A DNA stretch of 57,421 nucleotides, counting the filler, from Dirinaria sp. TL-2023a (Eukaryota): assembly GCA_051941275.1 (NCBI GenBank). It is 6 parts of 6 records of this genome, joined end to end, with 100 filler letters (N's around TTAATTAATTAA, not from the genome) between each part and the next. Parts side by side here need not be neighbours in the genome. Positions count along the whole stretch, not along the records: positions 47,952 to 57,421 come from JAVEBF010001049.1; 5 more parts are not named here. One strand, written 5' to 3'. A program made the position numbers and the translations under genes. How positions within the stretch are numbered: the stretch's first letter is position 1; each line of letters starts with the position of its first letter. Below the pieces are notes generated by a model that was not told where the DNA came from, ran no database searches, and saw only the letters and a program-made list of their open reading frames with translations. Of the stretch, positions 49,383-57,421 are shown piece after piece.

Positions 49383-50849
49383 CTACCTAGAATTTCCAGC
49401 ATCGGGCGGTCGAGCCTTCGATCTCCTACGACGTAGTATTTCAGCTAGTGGAAGCTGCTCCTCATCGTAGAACTCTGCTCCTTCGTCAACACCGAAATCA
49501 GATAGGCTGTCACCTTCGGAACTTCTCCACATTTCTGCACCCTCATTTCCATGCTTGCCAGGGGCAAACCGCTCCTTGCTGGTCTGGAGACTCGACTCAG
49601 TCTCAGTGTGGGGCCGCTGGAAAGGCTCGTTTCGAACAATGGCATTCGGCCTCATTCCGAAACGCATCAGGTCCTGTGCCTGCCTTTTATGGAAAGCCTC
49701 AACGTAGTTCTGAGTCGACATCGTGCTATGATCGAAGATGAAAGACTGAGATTTATGCGATACCTCTCGTTGCTGCGGCAATCGGTCCGGATCAGGAGGT
49801 GGCCAGCAGGAGCCCGGGTCTGATACCACATGAATCAAGGGCGCTGATGCAAGTAGTCGAAAGGGTACACACCTTCAAAGCCATTGGTCTCGAAATGCAG
49901 GCCGGATTCATTTTTGAGTGTAGGGGCAAATGGCCAAAGCCATAACAAGGGGCTAGAATCAAGCCCCTGCTGAATATTTCGAAAGATTCCGATATCGTAA
50001 GGAAACTCTTGTTTTGTGATACGCATTTTGACCCCATTAGGTCCATCCAAGTAACCTCCCATTTTTCTGCTACGGCGGACGAGCGATGCGTGTCTTTCAA
50101 TCTCCCAGCTTTCAATAGTGTAGATGTTTCCGCATAGCTGCCAGATATTGCGTACTAGCAAGAGAGACAGTGCGAACAGCATCGCTGAATTAACGAGAAC
50201 GAACAGCAACAAAAAAATCATTTGCACTGGAGATGGACCAAGGTACTGAAGGTCCTTTGTAAGCGTGCAAGGCAAATGAAAGTGGTAAAATACGTACACT
50301 GGGGAGATGACGTGAATCCCACAATACTTTTACTCTGAGGAAAAGGAAATACTCTAAATAACTGATGGCGAGGACCGCATACAGTAGAAAGCGAAGAAAA
50401 TGAGGGAATGTTCGATGAGAGACACAATTGATGGTCCACGGACAGTGATGATCCATCTTTGGAACGCATCTGACAGTGGAAATTAGAGACAATGTAGTGG
50501 CGAGGTTTAGAGACAGGTAGTGCTACCTTTTGCATATCTTGCAATGATGCGCTCGAGGAGGCTTGTATGTTTCGCATTTGCGGCACCAGCGCGACCGCTG
50601 AGATATCTTATCGTGGTCGTCGATGGCCAATCTCCAGTCTGACGGTATTCGGCCAGCGTCTGTGAAGCAAGCTCTGAAGTAGCAAACCCAGACGCAGAAC
50701 ACCAAAACATTGAAGGCCACTGTTTGGGCTTTCGTAAGCGGACATGGGCTGGTATAGCGGAACAGTATCTGTGGCCCATAGGAGAGAAAACCGATCAAAG
50801 TAGAGACTCCTGGCAGGGCCAGTTTGGGCGCCGCAACATCTTGAATCAT
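49383..50849 (-). CDS. PFA4: DHHC palmitoyltransferase Pfa4
   Basis: [70 protein letters not shown]...PLAEILRRR. Introns ~50471-50526, ~50249-50297, ~49821-49872. Confidence 0.92.
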
Positions 50850-50950
50850 CGAGCTGACTTAAGGACCATCGTTCCGTACAAGTTTCCGACTGCAGCAAAC
50901 CTCCCAAAGACGGGCTAACCCGTTTGTATCATCTGCGTCTTGGCGCTTCC

Positions 50951-50981
50951 TTTAGCGCGTTCGTCGCGCGTTTAGCGCGTT
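50951..50981. promoter_or_regulatory. CGCG (MCB-like) cluster in the divergent PFA4 / MutL promoter
   Basis: tttagcgcgtt-cgtcgcgcg-tttagcgcgtt: three CGCGT sites, including an 11-nt direct repeat. Confidence 0.5.
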
Positions 50982-51203
50982 ATGGAGACATGATCTGCGA
51001 GCAATATCTCGAATTTACCAAGATGCAGATTTTCTCTTCAGCAATATTAATTTCTACTCCATTTTCTTTTCTTCATTTTTATTAATTCACAATTCACCTC
51101 TTTGATCAGTCACGGCGGAGAGTGCGTTTCGGATTATGTAGAAGAGATGCTGCTGTTACGATGACCTCACTCGGTTCATGAATTTAATCTTTCGTCTTAC
51201 AGC

Positions 51204-54200
51204 ATGCCTATTGCTGCGTTGTCTGAGAATACTGTCCATGCTATTGGGTCTACACAAGTCCTCACAGATTCTCATTCTGTCGTTAAGGAGCTAATCGATA
51301 ACGCACTGGATGCGCGCGCTTCTGCTATTTTCATCGAGATCTCTCCAAACACTTTAGACGTGATACAAGTCAAAGACAACGGCTATGGAATCGCTCCTGT
51401 TGATCGGGCTTTGGTCTGCAAGAGGCACTGTACAAGCAAAATCACATGCTTTGATGACATCGCCAACATCGGAGGGCATTCTTTAGGGTTTCGAGGCGAG
51501 GCTTTGGCCAGTGCAGCAGAGATGAGTGGCTTTGTCGCTCTCACAACGAAAGTTGAGGGCGAGCCCACTGCTGTGAGTCTTAAGATCGGACGAAAAGGGG
51601 ATATAGAGAGGTACCATTGGTCCGGAAATCCTTTGGCGTGGCTAATGCCGCTAGAAGTGAAGAGCGAGCGTCACATGCTGTGGGTACTACCATTAGGATT
51701 GTGGACTTCCTGAAATCTATACCTGTGCGTCGGCAAACTGCGTTGAAGCAGACGGTAAAAATACTATCAAATATCAGGAAGACGCTTCAAGCCTATGCTC
51801 TGGCTAGGCCTGCCACCAGATATTCACTAAAGGTGCTTAAAGCAAAGAATGATAAAGGTTGTTTTACATACGCACCGAAGTCTGAGGCCAGCGTTTTCGA
51901 TGCTGCAACCAAGATCTTAGGCACGAAGGTCGTGGACCAATGCCAGTGGAGAGTGTGGACCCCTCATGGAGAGGCTTCTTCCAATGAGGAACAGGACGTG
52001 ACTCGTACTAGTAATCTTGAAGACGCTTTTACGATCGAGGCTCTCTTGCCTGCTCCTGGCTGTGGTAAGAACGCTGTTCTTTTCGGCTATCATGCGACTA
52101 ATACTTGTCCTTACAGATTTGGGAGCTATCAATGGCATTGGACAGTATTTATCAGTGGATTCAAGACCTGTGTCATCTGCTAGGGGTACTATGAAGCAGA
52201 TCATTAGTATTTACAAGTCCTACCTTCGAAATTCTTTTTCCGATGGTGGCGAAAAGATTATCGATCCATTTCTATGCTTGAATATCGTTTGCCCTCCAGG
52301 GAGTTATGATGCCAATATTGAGCCCGCCAAAAACGATGTCCTCTTTTGTGATGCAGTTTTAGTTTCCAAACAACTTGACTCGTTCTTTAGGGACACATAT
52401 GGAGAGTTGCAGACAACGAGCTTAAGAGAACGAGTTCAGAAGCCGTCCACCCCAAGGGATCAACGATTTGAAATATTGTTGTCGCGTACGCATCGAGCAA
52501 GGGACGGTTCGCTTTCGAAAGCCCCTCGCCATGCAAAAGAGGGCGATACAAACAGTGTCAATGATGGCAACCTTTCGCTCCCAAGGGTATCAAGCGTCTG
52601 TAGCGACGTAGCGAACAGAGCTGAGCCAGCCCTATCTCGAGCCGAACGGGCCAAAGGGCTTGCGCGCGTTCAAGTCAGCCAAGCACCTCATGGAGAGGAT
52701 CAAGCGGAGCTACCTTCGCGTTCGCCGAATTGGACTCCTAACACTTTCGTCGGCGGCGAAGACGAAGAGATGAACCTTTTCTTAGGATTAGATTACCACG
52801 ACATAGGAGCACCAGTGCCCGATCTCAAGGAACAAAATGACTTACGAGACGTACGCGTTTCGAACCCATGGACTATCGCGAAAACATACGCACCAATCCA
52901 GTATCGAGCCAAACAACCGAGCAACAAGCAATTACTCACTCCTGCTAGGCAAAGTTTTGATAGAGAGAGCACATCTGAAGTTTCACCTGCATCGATGATA
53001 GGGGATTTTGACCCCAAAACTCACCGCTCTCAAGCAGAACGACGATCCGAAGATGACTCCGTTGAGCGAGGTTTCTCTTCGTCTTCCCCGGAGCGCTTTC
53101 CCTACCCTTTAGCTGCTCGGGTTTCGAGAAGCGGTGAGTACGCATTAAACACCTTTAAGAAATCTAATCGAGAACGCCACGCGAATGGTGCACTTGATAC
53201 ATGGGTACAGACATCATTAGGTAGCTGTGAATGCAATCCCACCTCATCTTTGGAAGACAACACACACATTGATCGAGGAACGAGCACCAGCTACAAGCCC
53301 GACATTGTATCTGCTCGAAGCATTCTCGGAGGGGCTTCTACAAATGCGACTCCTGAGGCGCCCAGTCGCCATCGCAGACCATCTCCAAGGAAGCAAACAA
53401 GCAGCGGCATAAACAAACCTTTTAAATCCCCACTGAATGATCTTGATCGCAATTGGTTTGACATCGGATCTAAGCGTTCAAGGGATTCACGGAAACCGAA
53501 GGGCAATGTTGGGACTCAGACAATTCGAAATAGCAACGCGAGCTCAGATCTCCCCAATGACGAGACAGAGTTTGTTGGTGAACGAAACCCTAAGCAATCA
53601 AGTATGCATCCAGACCTTGCGATATCATTGGATTATGAAAGTCGCAAGGCGTTAGCCATGAAGCAAAGGAAGGTCCATATATTGCGGCAAGCCGCTTTGG
53701 AGAAGGAGCGCTTGCTCGAAGTGGGCGGAAACTTGGTCGACTCGTCGACTATTGTCAGTTCACCACATCAGAATCGGTACAAAAAAGCTGTGGCAGCACT
53801 ACATCCCACTGATGAGGCTTCAGACACTGCCGATTCATCAGGCCAAGCATCGGCGTTCGAGCCTGGCGATGCAAGACAGTATCTACTGCATGTCCAAGAG
53901 CGCAAACAAGAAGCCGGCGGCAGAGCAACAAGATCGCCATCTCATGCTTCTCATTCGCGGAGGAGGAAAACTGCAATGCTACCGCTAGAGACAATTCGTG
54001 AGGAGTGGAGTACGCGGGATCTTGTCCTACAAGTCCACGACATTAAGACCGTGGATCTTGCTCGAAGAGTGGCACAAGCGAAGAACAGCGACGAATACAT
54101 CTCCTCTGGGATGATTGCGGCAGGCCTTATCGCAGGTAAAACTATTGACACGGTCAGAGCTTGGGAAAGCCAGATGAGAAGCCTAGTCTGCCGGAACTAC

Positions 54201-54329
54201 AGGAGCGAAACAACAGGAAGTGAGCAAGAAGCTCCAACCGCCGCCCCAGCCCAATTTCGGGTAGAGCTTTGGCCAACGATGCAGGACTATTTGGCTGGAC
54301 AAGCGCTCACAAGTGGCGAAATGAGATAA
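51204..54329 (+). CDS. MutL-family mismatch repair ATPase (Mlh2 / human PMS1-like)
   Basis: GHKL motifs VVKELIDNALDA, VKDNGYGI, TSKI, LGFRGEALAS, GTTI; transducer YDANIEPAKNDV. Introns ~51611-51654 and ~52065-52116. No DQHA endonuclease motif seen. Confidence 0.85.
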
Positions 54330-55027
54330 GAATATATTGCTTGGAAGATATGTGAATTGCTTTAGAAGGCCAGATGATTTGACGAAAGTAATTTGACGAA
54401 GAGAAATCTTGCTTGTTTTGGAAGATACCCCTTTGGACGGCATCGCGTGGCTCGGAGCGTTCGCTTCAACTTGAACTGCGGCTAGAAGTTAATAGAGGTC
54501 CGATCTAGACTATCGCGCGTCTCGCGTAGCTAGATTGGCACAATCTATTGCTGTTTGTACAGAACCAACTCTCTCCTTTCTGCGTGTATCTCATTATTAA
54601 CATTGAATTCGATCTAGGTCACTCGGGTCCTTCGTCTGTGTCCTATCACAAATGGGATGTAGCGGCATTAAGGACTTGGTAGTTCGTTCTCGTATGACCT
54701 GCATAGCGTAGGGCTTAGCTGCAATGATACCATTGATTAGATGCATCGAGTCGCCTCACTACTGCTGCCTCCAGTTCATGCGTCTGACAAAGGACCCTAT
54801 GCGACCTTAAAGCAGGAGCATGGACGATTTCACAATGTAGACTCATAGCCAGTGCTAGATCCGATCTGTTATCTGACAAATGTCGCTCCTTTTCCCGTTA
54901 TCTTCGCGCTCCTGAATCAACCTCATCCTCCAGCAACCCGCCTCAGCTAATCTACCACACATGCGCAGTAGCTTGACTTCGCAATTGATCGTGTATCTCT
55001 CGCTGAATAGCGACTTCCTTGCTCACC

Positions 55028-57421
55028 ATGGTCGCCGATAACATCTACGAGCTATGCTTGCCAATTCTGAAAGACCTAAATATCGAAGACGAGGACAAGA
55101 CGGAGAAGCTACAAGAGCTCATCGAGCAAGAGTCGTCGCTGACAGGCAAGGCGCTGGAGGAAGCAGTGCTCGGTGTCCTTTGGCGCTTCCGAGACTCGAC
55201 AAATCACTCCAAAGCTTCACCTCCCGTTCGCCATAACATCCTCCGCAGGCACTCACCAGCGCTAGGCCAACTCCCCCGTTCGCCGTTACCGCGCTCGCCA
55301 TTAGCATCCCCTTCGCTGAGCGGTGTCCCGCCAGCTATTCCTTCGGCGCTGAGTGGTCGGCCTCAGACATTCCAGAGAGCCAGTTCGTACCACACCTCCA
55401 GTCCTTTTGGATCTCCCCGAGCATCTCCACGGCTTGCGTTCGTCGGCCCGATACCTCACAGCCCCAGCTTAAGCTCCTATGAATTCAGCGAACCTTCCGT
55501 TGTGCAGAATGACTACGGGGACTACGGCAGCGATACGGTGGACTGGTTGGTCAACGACGAATTGCAAAGCAGACCAACTTCGTCCGGCGCAGGCAGTGCA
55601 TACGAAAGTGGTCTGAACGGTGCTGCTACGTCATGGATACAACCTCAGCAGAACGAGATGTCTCCGTACGATATGCTTCGCTCTGTGCTCGGGGATGGAA
55701 AGACGGACGAGGAGATTGAGAGCGCGCTAGAAGCCAATAGCTACGATCTGAGCACGACGCTTGCGAATCTGATGGGAGCTCAGGCCATGTACCAAGATCC
55801 AAGCTACATTCAGCCGCAAGAAGGTCAGATATTGATTGGCAAATCCTTGATGCCCACGCAACCTACCTCGATCGATCGCCCAGCATCCCGTGGCCGAAGC
55901 CCTATCGTATGCAAATACTGGCTGTCAAATGGGAATTGCCTAAGGGCAGATTGTCGGTTTAGTCATGACTTGAGCAACCATATATGCAAGTAGGTCTAAG
56001 CCGCGGAGTCCTTTTGAGCTTGTACTGACATGATAGGTATTGGGTCATGGGTAATTGCCTGGCCGGAGATAGCTGCATCTTCTCTCACGACCCGGCTCTT
56101 CTTCTTGATCGCATCAGTATTGGTGGTGGCGATGCAACGATCGGTACTCCTTCTCGGCAGCTGCAACCAAGCTTCCAAGTGCAAGATTACGATGCTTTCC
56201 CAGCGTTACAGCAGCAGGCGACCGCTCAATGGGCGCAATCACCCTCATCCCCGTCAGCCATGAACGTCTCTAAATATTCGGGCTCACAAGGTTCCAACGG
56301 CTACTTTCCACCCATGAGACAGCATTTCGAGGCCAGAAAGGCACCGCTTAACGGTCTATCGTCGTCCCCAGCGTCGAATAGCTCTCGACCCACGAGCCGA
56401 CATCAGTCACGAGTCCCCACTCCATCCATACCCGCAGTCGACGATAACGACGCTTTTCCAACTCTTGGAGCAGCCGGTACCAAAGGCCCCAAGAAGCATC
56501 ACGGAAAACGTGGTGGCCATGGGCACGGGCACGCACACAGCAACAAGGAAAATGTCCCAGGTTCTCTTGCAGATGTCGTCCGCATGTCACCGGCGCCAGC
56601 CTCGAGCCCGCTACGCAAAGGCCTCACGAAGCGCGGCAGCTATCAGAATAGCCGCGAGAATAGTCTGGCCGCAAACGCTATCCCTGCACCACAGCACGTC
56701 CCATGGCTGGAAACGGGAGAAAAAACCAACCAGGCATACTTGAAAGCGCGACAAGATGCATTCAAGCACGGTGGCTTGCGCAACAAATTCTTACAGAGGC
56801 AAGTCCAACCGCCAAGCGTTTCTTTCCATCCTGCTTTTCTCTCGCCACTCCATTTTTCTACATCCCAAGTGATATGCTAACTCTATATCCAGCGCCGCCC
56901 AAGCCTGGAACCGCAACGACGCCCGAGCCGCCAAAGCCCTCTCGCTGCGGGGCCAGTCCGAAAATGACCTGATGCGCAAAGCGCACCGGGAAGCCGCACG
57001 GGTCCTGTACGAGGAGCGCAACAACAAAGACTCCTCCTCCTCCTCGACCACCTCCTCATCAGAAATCTACATCGATCTGCACGGCCTGCATCCGGAGGAG
57101 GCGCTCGAGTACCTCGAAGCCGTCCTCATGGAGCAGGCCAAATCGAGCCGCCCGGTCTACGCCATCACGGGCACGGGCCACCACAGCAAAGGCGGCAAGG
57201 ATAAAGTGGGCAAAGCGGTGCGCGGCTGGCTGAACGAGTGGAAGTACGCGTGGCGCGAGTTCAGTGTCCCTGGGGATTCGATGGGGGCCGGTGGCGTGTT
57301 GGGGATTGATCCGAAGTCTTTTGATCGGAGTCTTGTGGTCGCGGGGGAACGTAAGGGGGAGGAGGAGCTGGGGGAAGGAGGAGAAGAGGTTTTGGGCGGG
57401 AAGATTAAAGTCGTGAAAGAG
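55028..57421 (+). CDS. CCCH zinc finger and Smr-domain protein (3' end truncated by window)
   Basis: Two CCCH fingers (CKYWLSNGNCLRADCRFSH; CKYWVMGNCLAGDSCIFSH), AAQAWNRNDARAAKALS, Smr IDLHGLHPEEA...ITGTGHHS. Introns 55990-56036 and GC-AG 56799-56892. Confidence 0.9.

Overview
Eukaryotic, intron-containing DNA from filamentous ascomycete fungi (Pezizomycotina-type genes and splice signals). The window is not one locus. It is six contigs of about 9.5 kb (>=9498, 9494, 9487, 9487, 9485, >=9470 nt, decreasing in size) joined by identical artificial 100-nt linkers (N44-TTAATTAATTAA-N44), so adjacency across linkers carries no biological meaning. Recognisable genes: Mrc1/claspin, Ste7-type MAPKK, two Zn2Cys6 regulators, an aldo-keto reductase, a TM+SH3 protein, prolyl-tRNA synthetase, a 4E-T/Eap1-like eIF4E-binding protein, two sugar-porter MFS transporters, two small secreted proteins, Pga1-like, Gpi3/PIG-A, Pfa4, a MutL-family ATPase, a CCCH-Smr protein, F-box-like genes and two Cys-rich microproteins. 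The most notable observations are (1) a 184-codon in-frame, AUG-free N-terminal extension of a sugar porter, suggesting non-AUG initiation; (2) a ~100-nt structured element with Pol III A/B boxes that is not a canonical tRNA; (3) a convergent pair of MC..CxH..CxxC microproteins; (4) a dense TAAGG/CCTTA palindromic repeat field; and (5) several relic ORFs with RIP-like stops. Gene identities come from motif recognition by eye; no database searches were run.
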